Shown here in pieces: positions 7,564-15,740 of a stretch of DNA of 32,000 nucleotides. The notes beneath the pieces are model-generated. The model saw only the letters and a list, made by a program, of their open reading frames with translations. It had not been told where the DNA came from and did not search any database. The position numbers and the translations under genes were made by a program. The stretch is taken from contig NC_003272.1 in the NCBI RefSeq assembly GCF_000009705.1, positions 2,070,001 to 2,102,000 of the forward strand, given 5' to 3'. Positions within the stretch are counted from its first letter, which is position 1. Each line of letters begins with the position of its first letter. The stretch comes from Nostoc sp. PCC 7120 = FACHB-418 (lineage in GTDB: Bacteria > Cyanobacteriota > Cyanobacteriia > Cyanobacteriales > Nostocaceae).

Positions 7564-8901
7564 ATGACAGGCAAAAACGCAAGACATAATGCTTTTCTGC
7601 GGCTAGTGTCTGGTAACGGAGCAGCATTTGGGTCAGAATCTCGCTACTCGCTTACCAGTAAAGAAGTGGTAATTGGACGTGACCCCAGCTGCCAAGTTGT
7701 TTTAGATGCCATGATGTATCGGATGGTATCCCGTCGTCATGCTGTGGTTCGTCCCGTTGCTTCATCTGTAGATAGCAAATTTAGCTGGGTACTTTGTGAT
7801 TTGAATAGTGCCAACGGTACTTATTTAAATGGTCAACGCTTGTACGGATGCCAGGAGTTACACGCAGGCGATCGCATTTCTTTGGGTGCTGATGGGCCGC
7901 AATTCCTGTTTGAGTACGCAGTCGCTCCCCAACCGACAATCATCACTAACCAAGTTGCACCCCTACCCTCAGCCAAGCACCCCCCTAAACCAGATTCGGT
8001 GAGCTTCACCCAGCTGTTTCCGATTATTTCCACTGGTAAGGATTTAACACGCAAAGCTTATCTTGTCCCAGGAATACTGACAGTAGTATTTGTGGTGTTA
8101 ATGTTTGCAACTGTGGGTAGGCCACAAGCCAATCAAGTGATTGTCGCAACTTATATAGCTTTGGCTGCTTACTATTTTATTTACCGACTTTGCGGCAAGC
8201 CTAAACCTTGGTGGGTGTTAGTTGGTGCGGCTTTGAGTACAACACTGATTTTACTCAGTCCCTTATTAAATTTATTTATTTTCATTTTTCGGGAAGTCCT
8301 TCCTGGTAGCGTACCACCCATAGATCAGCCTGTCAGCAGCCTCACAGAATTATTTGTGGGGTACTTTTTTGGTGCTGGCTTAATGGAAGAATTACTCAAA
8401 GCTTTGCCCATATTGGGAGTATATCTCATTGCTTTGGGACTACCACCCGCTTGGCGAGAACGTGTCGGTGTTTGGGAACCTTTGGATGGTATTCTCTTGG
8501 GAACGGCTTCGGCTGTAGGCTTTACCTTATTGGAAACTCTGGGACAATATGTACCAGCTGCGTCCTTACAAGCAGGTACAGAAGTGGGTTTACAAGTTTT
8601 GATTGCTCGAATCTTAGGCTTGCCAGCCGGCCACATGGCTTATAGTGGTTATCTGGGATATTTTATCGGGTTAGCTGCTCTTAAACCCCGTCATGCTAAA
8701 CAAATTCTCGCCGTTGGCTACCTCAGCGCCGCCGCACTTCACGCTTTATGGAATACAGCCGGACACAGTAATAATTTACTCTTAGTTGTTGTTGGGGTCT
8801 TGTCTTATGCTTTCTTGATGGCAGCGATTCTTAAAGCTAGAGCTTTATCGCCAACGCGATCGCAAAATTTTGCCACCCGTTTTCTTGATCCTAAATCCTA
8901 A
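7564..8901 (+). CDS. FHA domain fused to a PrsW-family (CPBP-like) intramembrane protease
   Basis: 445 aa. FHA: VVIGRDPSCQVVLD...VSRRHAVV...DLNSANGTYLNGQRL...GDRISLG. A Pro-rich linker follows, then ~7-8 TM segments carrying EExxK (MEELLKALP), GHMAYSGY and HxxxN (HALWN), the motif set I associate with PrsW. Confidence 0.85.
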   Translation: MTGKNARHNAFLRLVSGNGAAFGSESRYSLTSKEVVIGRDPSCQVVLDAMMYRMVSRRHAVVRPVASSVDSKFSWVLCDLNSANGTYLNGQRLYGCQELHAGDRISLGADGPQFLFEYAVAPQPTIITNQVAPLPSAKHPPKPDSVSFTQLFPIISTGKDLTRKAYLVPGILTVVFVVLMFATVGRPQANQVIVATYIALAAYYFIYRLCGKPKPWWVLVGAALSTTLILLSPLLNLFIFIFREVLPGSVPPIDQPVSSLTELFVGYFFGAGLMEELLKALPILGVYLIALGLPPAWRERVGVWEPLDGILLGTASAVGFTLLETLGQYVPAASLQAGTEVGLQVLIARILGLPAGHMAYSGYLGYFIGLAALKPRHAKQILAVGYLSAAALHALWNTAGHSNNLLLVVVGVLSYAFLMAAILKARALSPTRSQNFATRFLDPKS

Positions 8902-9165
8902 ATAGATTCCTGAGTAAGGGTCGATGACTCAACTGAGCGTTCTAATGAGCGCTCACACCTAAATCTTTGCCAAACTTTGTTTCTCTCTCTTAGGGTAGAT
9001 TGCGCTAATTTTTGCATAGGCTTATGGTTACACTATGGTGTTTCCTTGTGCCTAAAAACCTAACACTCAAAAACTAAAAAAATCCGACAAAAGTGTCACC
9101 TGTGAGCAAAATCACTGTTCACGGGAAAAGTATCAAGGTCAAAATATATAAAAAAGCTTTAGAAT

Positions 9166-9810
9166 TTAAGACTCTGACGGAGAATCATTGAGTTGTCTGA
9201 TTGCATAGTAAGCGATCGCTACACTTAACTTTGCTTGCTCAACTTCTGATAGAGCAGACCACTCTTGATTATTAACGTTATCAACTATAGATGTTAAATT
9301 TTGCCCTTCGCTGCTCCGCATGGAATAAGCATAGGGACGGGCGAAAATCAACAAGTCATCTGCTTCCCATGTGGGTAATACACTCTGTACACACTCTACT
9401 AGTTGTTCGCCTAGAGATTGTTGAGAAGCGAAAATTTCTGCTGCTTTGGTGGCGATCGCATTTAGCCAATTTTGTGGGATACCAGTCGCAAAAGCTGTAT
9501 GTAAATTTTCTTGAAGATGATCTACAACTACCGACAACGTAGTATGATTGTAGTATGAAGAAGGTGTTACTCCTGACCATAGGTGATCTAGTTTGTCGTA
9601 AAAAACCTGCGCCCTGGTGGTAAATTCTTCATCAGATACATCTTGAGCAAATTTACGCTCTAGTTCTTCAAAATATGTTTCTGACTCATCGTCAGAGGGA
9701 TTCCAAGGATAGGCTGCATCCTCTGGTTCTAATAAAGCTGCTAATAAATCTAATTCCATTTGAGATACTACAGAATGGCAAGCGTCTGAACCGTTAGTTT
9801 TATGAGTCAT
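9166..9810 (-). CDS. Acidic cytoplasmic protein, unknown function (214 aa)
   Basis: I place the start at the ATG at 9810-9808 (MTHKTNGS...), which is preceded by AGGAGG with a 6-nt spacer. The longer listed ORF (to 9906) adds a Cys/Lys-rich leader that looks spurious. Rich in D/E; no domain recognised. Confidence 0.7.
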   Translation of the reverse strand: MTHKTNGSDACHSVVSQMELDLLAALLEPEDAAYPWNPSDDESETYFEELERKFAQDVSDEEFTTRAQVFYDKLDHLWSGVTPSSYYNHTTLSVVVDHLQENLHTAFATGIPQNWLNAIATKAAEIFASQQSLGEQLVECVQSVLPTWEADDLLIFARPYAYSMRSSEGQNLTSIVDNVNNQEWSALSEVEQAKLSVAIAYYAIRQLNDSPSES

Positions 9811-10294
9811 TGATTGCCTCCTGATAAATTGATTTAGTTGACATTGACAGCTACAGCACTCAGATTTGGATTTCCGCAAAAAAAAACGTTTTTTTATAAT
9901 CTTCAAATTAGTCGTTTACTGCATTGGCTATATCAGTTGTTAGTCGCCATTTGTTTTTTATCTAGTTTAATGCCTAGTTTTATTGTGGACTGTTTTTCCA
10001 AAACTTTGGCTATTAACTCATGACAAAATCTCCCTTACCTGATGAATAAAAATTTTTCAAGGTAATTCCCCTAGCCCAATAGATATAGCTGTTGAATGTT
10101 GACTGTATGACAGACTTGGAAGCCTTTTATTGTTAGGGTTTTATCTTTGCTTGATGTCCTAATATGTCTGGCCAAAGCTATAACAGAGGTGACGATGGTG
10201 ATCGATTCTAGATATTTTCCCAATTGAGAAGATAAAATCACACGGGTAGAAGCCCATAATCAAATTATGAAAATATCTCTTCCCCATGATTCAT

Positions 10295-11872
10295 TCAAGA
10301 ATCTTCAATAATAAATTCCCAGATTTCACCTCTTGAACTACCAAACTTTAACTGCATACCTGATTTTAACGGAACTTCCTCCCGCAGAAGTTGTTGCCAA
10401 CCATTAGACCCTAAAAACCAGGTCGTGCCATAAGTGGAGAAATCTTGGAGATAATAAGTTCGGGCTTGATTACCAGTAAAATTATTCCGGCACAAAATTT
10501 CGGCGTGTCGCTTAGAAACAGAAAGTTCCGGGATAACGATATCATTATCTTTTGTCCGACCGATACGTGTGACACCAGTTCTTAAAAACCAGCTGCGGCC
10601 TCCGGGGGAGAGCGATCGCAATGAGGCGATCGGCATTGAAGAATTAGAGTTAGGAATAGCAGTATCGGGCATTTCCGTTACACTTTCATCAAAACTTTTG
10701 ATGAGTTCACCATCAAAATCTGGATGTAAGTAGAGAACAGGTAAAGTCCAAGCGGGTTGATTGTACTTATATAGTGTTAACAGTTCTTGTCTGGCTTCCG
10801 CCACTGCTTCATCGATGGGCTTGCGCGATCGCAATGCTTCGGCAAAGGCTTGAATAAAACTGTGGCTTTCATGATCAGCGATTTCATCCCGCATCGCCAA
10901 AACTGCCGGCACACCATGACGAATTAAAACTTCTGCCAAACTACTAGCAGGAATGGCCTGATGATTAATAGCTGCTGGTTGCGCTCCCCAACAAGCGTTA
11001 AATACAGCCAACTTTAAAGCGCTGCGGGTTAATACTTGGGATAATTCTATGCCGTTCAGGCTCATTCCTGGGCGCAAAAACAACAATCCCCCATCTGGGC
11101 CTGGTAGACCATGACCAGCGTAGAAAAATACATTATATGCTTTTGTTTCTAACTCTTGAATTAACTCTTGGGGTGTAGGCTGGATGAGAGTTTTAACTGT
11201 ACATGGCGCATAACCCTGACCATAACCAGCTACTTGACCACCAGTTAACAGGGTTTTTTCTAGGATAGCGGCTTCTGTTTGCAGTTGCAGGTTTTGATCG
11301 TGTCCGAGAACCAGCAGCACCTTTAAAGCTTGATCGATACGTAAATATGGTAAAGCCTCAACTTCACTGGTGGTACGACTAAATAACACATCTGGGGAGA
11401 GGGATACAGCAGGCTGTCCTGGTTCCCGTTGCATAATTTCCCAAGGTAGGGCGATTAAATCTGGGTCACGAATTTCCAGACGAAAGCGCAGACGTGTATG
11501 TTGACCCATAGCGATACCGCGACTACGTTCCAGACTCCCCAGAATTGGCCCCTCGAATATCCAACGCCATAAATTCATCCCCAGGTATTGCATGAGGCGA
11601 CTACTATAACCAGTGGTTTGCCCGGAGGGGAGCGAGACTATATTCCCCGGAACTGAGTTTGTTAATGGAGGTTTCGTATCTGAAGAAATGTGAATACCAC
11701 TATGACCAGCAAACATTTGCTGCCATTCTTGCCAAACTTGACTGAGTTCGGCAGGCCAAGTACAGTCACGCAAAACATAGCCACTGGGATAGGGAGCCTT
11801 TACCACCCAAATGGCGAAACTATCTTTGCCAGTGTTGATGAGACGGGCGATCGCCAGATTCAGGGAGGGCAT
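10295..11872 (-). CDS. CHAT-domain (caspase-fold) protease with a C-terminal FHA domain
   Basis: 525 aa. A CHAT-like His/Cys dyad in the expected order and spacing (FFYAGHGLPGPDGG ... LAVFNACWGAQ). C-terminal FHA: TRIGRTKDNDIVIPELSVSKRHAEIL...DFSTYGTTWF...GMQLKFGS. Confidence 0.85.
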   Translation of the reverse strand: MPSLNLAIARLINTGKDSFAIWVVKAPYPSGYVLRDCTWPAELSQVWQEWQQMFAGHSGIHISSDTKPPLTNSVPGNIVSLPSGQTTGYSSRLMQYLGMNLWRWIFEGPILGSLERSRGIAMGQHTRLRFRLEIRDPDLIALPWEIMQREPGQPAVSLSPDVLFSRTTSEVEALPYLRIDQALKVLLVLGHDQNLQLQTEAAILEKTLLTGGQVAGYGQGYAPCTVKTLIQPTPQELIQELETKAYNVFFYAGHGLPGPDGGLLFLRPGMSLNGIELSQVLTRSALKLAVFNACWGAQPAAINHQAIPASSLAEVLIRHGVPAVLAMRDEIADHESHSFIQAFAEALRSRKPIDEAVAEARQELLTLYKYNQPAWTLPVLYLHPDFDGELIKSFDESVTEMPDTAIPNSNSSMPIASLRSLSPGGRSWFLRTGVTRIGRTKDNDIVIPELSVSKRHAEILCRNNFTGNQARTYYLQDFSTYGTTWFLGSNGWQQLLREEVPLKSGMQLKFGSSRGEIWEFIIEDS

Positions 11873-11942
11873 GGATTAGCACACTACGAGGTAAGAACAA
11901 TTCAAAATTATGGTTACTGAGGCTGTCGCAGTCGAGATATTT

Positions 11943-12110
11943 TGCCTACGCGCCGCTATGGGTATTCAGTAGGGGAATTTTGCCCAGACTGAAACTACTT
12001 GTAGACTTAGCGCCAAGTCTGTAGCAAGATCCCGTAGAGTGCGCCGGCCGCTGGCGTTAGCGAGTCCGCGTTCGCTTTTAGCGTCTCGTAGAGAGCGTCA
12101 CAGAGGGGCG
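11943..12110. repeat. Block of small dispersed hairpin repeats
   Basis: GTAGACTTagcgccAAGTCTgtag hairpin. agcgtctcgtagag is the reverse complement (one mismatch) of tcttacgagacgct at 15701-15714. Lies between the CHAT-FHA and PP2C genes. Confidence 0.55.
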
Positions 12111-12220
12111 TGAAACTCTTGAATTTACGATAATTGCCAACTGTAATTTTTCTTAAGAAAAACTTTTGGCTTGTAAATTGCGTTTTGTTATTATCTGTAT
12201 TATTTCAGGTTTTTATCAGT

Positions 12221-14497
12221 TTATCGATTATTTGATTCATCTGCACCTGGATTGTTAGGAGTATTTGCTGCTGGAGGTGAGATGTCTCGTGGCAGAGAGA
12301 TACTATCACAAGGGCTGTCTTGATTGGGTTGTAAAACTGTCACAGCAAATCGTTTCAGTTGAGCTAATTCCGTTTTGATTGGTTGATCTGAAGGTGGCAG
12401 AGGTTCTGTGGCTAAATTATTAGTGCTAGCTGGCTGGGGGTTACAAAGACGTAAATATACTTCATAAATCCCTGGAGCAGGTTGAGGATTGAATTTTTTA
12501 TCAATCACTTCTAAAAAACTTTCTGGGGGTAACTTTTGTTGATTGAAGGTGATTTCACTGTTAGTTTTAATTATCCATCCAGGTGCGAGATTATTCACCG
12601 ATCGCTGCTGTACTTTGGGACTCTGGGTGGCTGATGGTAAAGTCCCAGTTGGGGTGACTGTGGGATTGGCGTATGGCGATCGCAGTAACATGACCCAATA
12701 TCCCAAGACACCAGCTGTCGCCACCAAGATTAACGGCACGATGAGATTTAGGGGTAGTTTGCTGATTCTATTGGGTAAGTTGCTGGGAACTACTTTAGTT
12801 TTTTGTTCTGGTTTAGCCTCTAGTAAGGTTGGCTGTAGCCCTCTTGATGTCAGATTTACAGTTTTGATATGAGTGCTGTCGGGAACAACGGCCTTCAGAG
12901 TGATTTGTGGTTCGGTGTATTTAATTCGACAATTGACTAGGGCGATCGTCACATTATCATGTCCATTCTTCGTGTTAGCGATGTCTACCAATCGCTCAAC
13001 CACGTTAACTATATTATTTTCTTCACCCGTGAGAATTGGTAAAATCTCCGTTTCCCAATAGTCTTCTACACGGTCAAAATCACTTAACCCGTCGGAAGTC
13101 AACAGAAACACCCCATCTTCATCGAGGATAAATCGTTGCGCTGTGGGATGTAGTGAACTGCTGGGACTCATGCCTAAAGCTTGCACCAGCGAACCTGAAC
13201 CACCTTGTTGTACCGCTTCACGGTAGACAGCGTAGCCTAATCTTACTTCCCGTGATGCCACATCATCATCAAGGGTAACTTGATAACAACCGTGACGGGT
13301 GATCCAATAGGCGCGACTGTCGCCGACGTGGGTAATATACATTTCGTGGGCAATAGGTAAAGCCATCACCAAGGTTGTACCCATGCGTTTTCGCCCTTGG
13401 CGATTTTCGCTGTCATTGCGCTGACTAATTTTGTCGTTGGCAACGGCTGCTGCCCGTTCTAAATCAGCTATCAACAGTGATGGTTCAATGTGGTCTGGTG
13501 GTACGTTGGTCAGCTGTTGTACCTGTTTCTGGATAGTTTCAATTGCTAAATTAGAAGCAACATTGCCGCCTTCATGTCCACCAATGCCATCACAAACAAT
13601 AGCCAAGGCAGTGGGTTGGGGTGGTTTGCTCAATAGTGTGCCACTGGGAGGATAACAAGCATCTTCGTTCCGTTGACGGCTGGGGCCGGTGTCGGTTTTA
13701 GTGGCAATTTGAATGGTAGGTGTTTGTGATTTGCTTAGTTCTGCCAATCCTCTATCTAAAACGGCAACTAGTACCTCTGAGGATTTGATTTCGCCTTGAA
13801 TTAGCAAATGACTAATTTGCTGAACAAATTCTGCTATGGCTGGTTTGGCTTCCTGGTGTAGTTGTTGCCAAAATTCGCCCAATTGTGGCAATTCTAGCGC
13901 CGTTGTCGAGTCAGAATGCAGCTCCAACAACCGCACTAATGGCCCTTCCACCCGCAACAGGTATGGGTTGAGTAGGCTAGATACAACGCCTTCACTCTTG
14001 AAAGGTTGCCAAAGATTGGCAATTTGCCACAGCCAATGTAGTTGGCGCATTGATGTAGCGTAGCGCCAAGCATCGGTAAATTCGCTACACAAATGCACCT
14101 GTTGAGCTAAATTGTCTGCGAACAGAGGAGATTTTTCCAACAATAGAACTTGACTGTGGACGTAGCCATCGGTTATCGGCAGCATCCCATACACTTGGGG
14201 GATATTTAACCGATAGGGGATGAGCCGCAGATAAGGTCTGATGGGATGGGTATTTTCTAAATCGGGCGCTTGGGGTAGTAAACCGGGTTTAGTATCTAAA
14301 ACAACAGACTGATTGATAATTAAATAGCGATCGGCTAATATTTCTCCGGTACTGCCAATACTCAGACTATCTCCCACCACCCACAAATAACGCTTGGGTA
14401 AGGGTGTGGAGCATCGCTGGCAAAACTTGTGTGTCAGGGGGTTCGCAGCCTGACAAAGTTCGTTTGGACAGTAGAGCGTTGCCGCATCATTTTCCAT
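12221..14497 (-). CDS. Membrane-anchored PP2C (PPM) Ser/Thr phosphatase with an N-terminal zinc ribbon; possibly the PrpJ1 (all1731) orthologue
   Basis: 758 aa. CPNELCQAANPLTHKFCQRCSTPL is a C4 zinc ribbon. It is followed by ~220 aa I cannot assign. A full PP2C motif series is present: RQRNEDA, VCDGIGGHEGG, GTTLV, HVGDSRAY, LTSDGLSD, NGHDNVTIALV. Then one TM (LNLIVPLILVATAGVLGYWVMLL) and a ~150-aa Pro-rich tail. The PrpJ assignment comes only from remembered synteny and the reported membrane location. Confidence 0.88.
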   Translation of the reverse strand: MENDAATLYCPNELCQAANPLTHKFCQRCSTPLPKRYLWVVGDSLSIGSTGEILADRYLIINQSVVLDTKPGLLPQAPDLENTHPIRPYLRLIPYRLNIPQVYGMLPITDGYVHSQVLLLEKSPLFADNLAQQVHLCSEFTDAWRYATSMRQLHWLWQIANLWQPFKSEGVVSSLLNPYLLRVEGPLVRLLELHSDSTTALELPQLGEFWQQLHQEAKPAIAEFVQQISHLLIQGEIKSSEVLVAVLDRGLAELSKSQTPTIQIATKTDTGPSRQRNEDACYPPSGTLLSKPPQPTALAIVCDGIGGHEGGNVASNLAIETIQKQVQQLTNVPPDHIEPSLLIADLERAAAVANDKISQRNDSENRQGRKRMGTTLVMALPIAHEMYITHVGDSRAYWITRHGCYQVTLDDDVASREVRLGYAVYREAVQQGGSGSLVQALGMSPSSSLHPTAQRFILDEDGVFLLTSDGLSDFDRVEDYWETEILPILTGEENNIVNVVERLVDIANTKNGHDNVTIALVNCRIKYTEPQITLKAVVPDSTHIKTVNLTSRGLQPTLLEAKPEQKTKVVPSNLPNRISKLPLNLIVPLILVATAGVLGYWVMLLRSPYANPTVTPTGTLPSATQSPKVQQRSVNNLAPGWIIKTNSEITFNQQKLPPESFLEVIDKKFNPQPAPGIYEVYLRLCNPQPASTNNLATEPLPPSDQPIKTELAQLKRFAVTVLQPNQDSPCDSISLPRDISPPAANTPNNPGADESNNR

Positions 14498-14898
14498 AGT
14501 GTTCGCACCGATCAGCGATTGGCAATTGTTTCAACAGCACTGGTAGCGGCAAGAATGAAGACCGCTCATATTTCTTGAATTCGAGTTATCCATCGTGGGA
14601 TCATGATTTTAGCTGGTAGATACCAACAGATATTAGTACTTATCTGAACTTATGCAAACACCATACTCCTTTGTCAACCTTACAGCCTCATCATAGCTTT
14701 TATTTATCTGTTGCTTTCCCTTGCTAGAGCCGCTAACACTCATCCTGTCAAGATTGTTTGCTTTGGTTGCGTTAATCATGAACGATCGCAAACAACACAG
14801 ATATTTCCATAGTTTATAAGTTGTGGAACGGTCATAAACTTTAATTAAGAATTAAGATACTAAAAGCTAAACATCTGGACAATTCATCCTTAGTAATA

Positions 14899-14993
14899 CC
14901 CTACAGGTGTGAGTGGCGTTCCGCAGGAAAGCAAACTAGCTTAAGTTTAGCTTGCGGCTACTCCTGTGGAGAAATCGTAGAGTAGGCTAACGC
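14899..14993. repeat. Small dispersed repeats in the PP2C upstream region
   Basis: ggcgttccgcaggaaagc is close to the reverse complement of gcctttcctgcggagcgc at 17263-17280. Also contains the near-palindrome GCAAACTAGCTTAAGTTTAGCTTGC. Confidence 0.5.
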
Positions 14994-15081
14994 TTATATA
15001 ATTCGTACAGCACTCCAATTGGATGATAAATATCTAATTGATTTAGTGCTGTTCAAATTAACACATTTATTAAAATAAGTC

Positions 15082-15120
15082 AGAACCCCGACTTCTACTT
15101 CTTCAAGAAGTCGGGGTTCT
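15082..15120 (-). terminator. Rho-independent terminator of ndhM
   Basis: Perfect 15-bp stem AGAACCCCGACTTCT/AGAAGTCGGGGTTCT with a 9-nt loop, 15 nt after the ndhM stop. The minus strand continues with a T-rich tract (ACTTATTTTAAT). Confidence 0.75.
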
Positions 15121-15134
15121 GGGGATATCGCGTA

Positions 15135-15491
15135 CTATTTATCCTCAACGGCCACTTGAGGAAGCCCTAAGCTGTAGTTAGTGACGCGAGCAGAGAGATT
15201 GTAGCTGATTTCGCCTTTTTGGAGGAGCGATCGCAGATAATGTTCTAAGTCTGACCCAATGCGGCGTAAGTTGTAGTCTGTCAGGTCTGCACCGCTTGAG
15301 GCTTCGACTAATTCATCGAACTTACGATAAATCTTTTGCAAAGCATCTTCATTCCAGTTGAACTCGTTGTCCGGGTCGATATCCAAGGTCAAGACCTGAT
15401 TGCTGGGGACTAGTTCGCCATCCCGGTCAATTTCTGCTGCAAAAATGCGGATGTGTCGGGTTGTAGACTTGAGCAGCGTTGCGTTTTCCAT
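15135..15491 (-). CDS. ndhM: NAD(P)H-quinone oxidoreductase (NDH-1) subunit M
   Basis: 118 aa. LLKSTTRHIRIFAAE...LTLDIDPDNEFNWNEDALQKIYRKFDELVE...DLTDYNLRRIGSDLEHYLRSLLQKGEISYNL matches cyanobacterial NdhM as I remember it. Confidence 0.93.
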   Translation of the reverse strand: MENATLLKSTTRHIRIFAAEIDRDGELVPSNQVLTLDIDPDNEFNWNEDALQKIYRKFDELVEASSGADLTDYNLRRIGSDLEHYLRSLLQKGEISYNLSARVTNYSLGLPQVAVEDK

Positions 15492-15628
15492 AGCAGGGTG
15501 TCAGATTCAGGTTAATTACACTGAAATAATTGTAGACGCTATATATGGGCTGCAAAGCACTCAAATTAAATGGGTGCTGGAGGCTAGTAGTTCACCAACC
15601 CAAAATTGCTGGGCTGGGGGAGCAGGGG

Positions 15629-15740
15629 GAGAAGTCGCAAGGAGGAGCCACTTTGTTGGGCGGGTTTCCCGACTTATAGCAAGTGGCGTTGGTTTCCCTC
15701 TCTTACGAGACGCTTACGCGAACCGGGCGAACTTCGGGGG
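15629..15740. repeat. 43-nt hairpin repeat unit interrupted by two nested mini-insertions
   Basis: The blocks 15629-15645, 15692-15700 and 15724-15740 are identical (43 of 43 nt) to the contiguous unit at 22591-22633. A 46-nt element with its own GCCACTT/AAGTGGC arms (15646-15691) and a 23-nt element (15701-15723) separate them. Confidence 0.8.

Noticed and set aside
7833-8645. ORFs 7833..8054 (-), 8325..8636 (-) and 8451..8645 (+) inside the FHA-PrsW gene
   Set aside because: They are embedded in a well-supported CDS, and their basic low-complexity translations argue against coding.
9880-9895. AAAAAAACGTTTTTTT palindrome upstream of the acidic ORF as a terminator
   Set aside because: It is an A/T-only stem with no GC clamp, so it is more likely an A-tract/UP-like promoter feature or chance. 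I make no functional claim.
12543-14063. Plus-strand ORFs within the PP2C gene (12543..12872, 12873..13061, 13431..13655, 13836..14063)
   Set aside because: They are antisense to a CDS with a complete PP2C motif series, and have no independent support.
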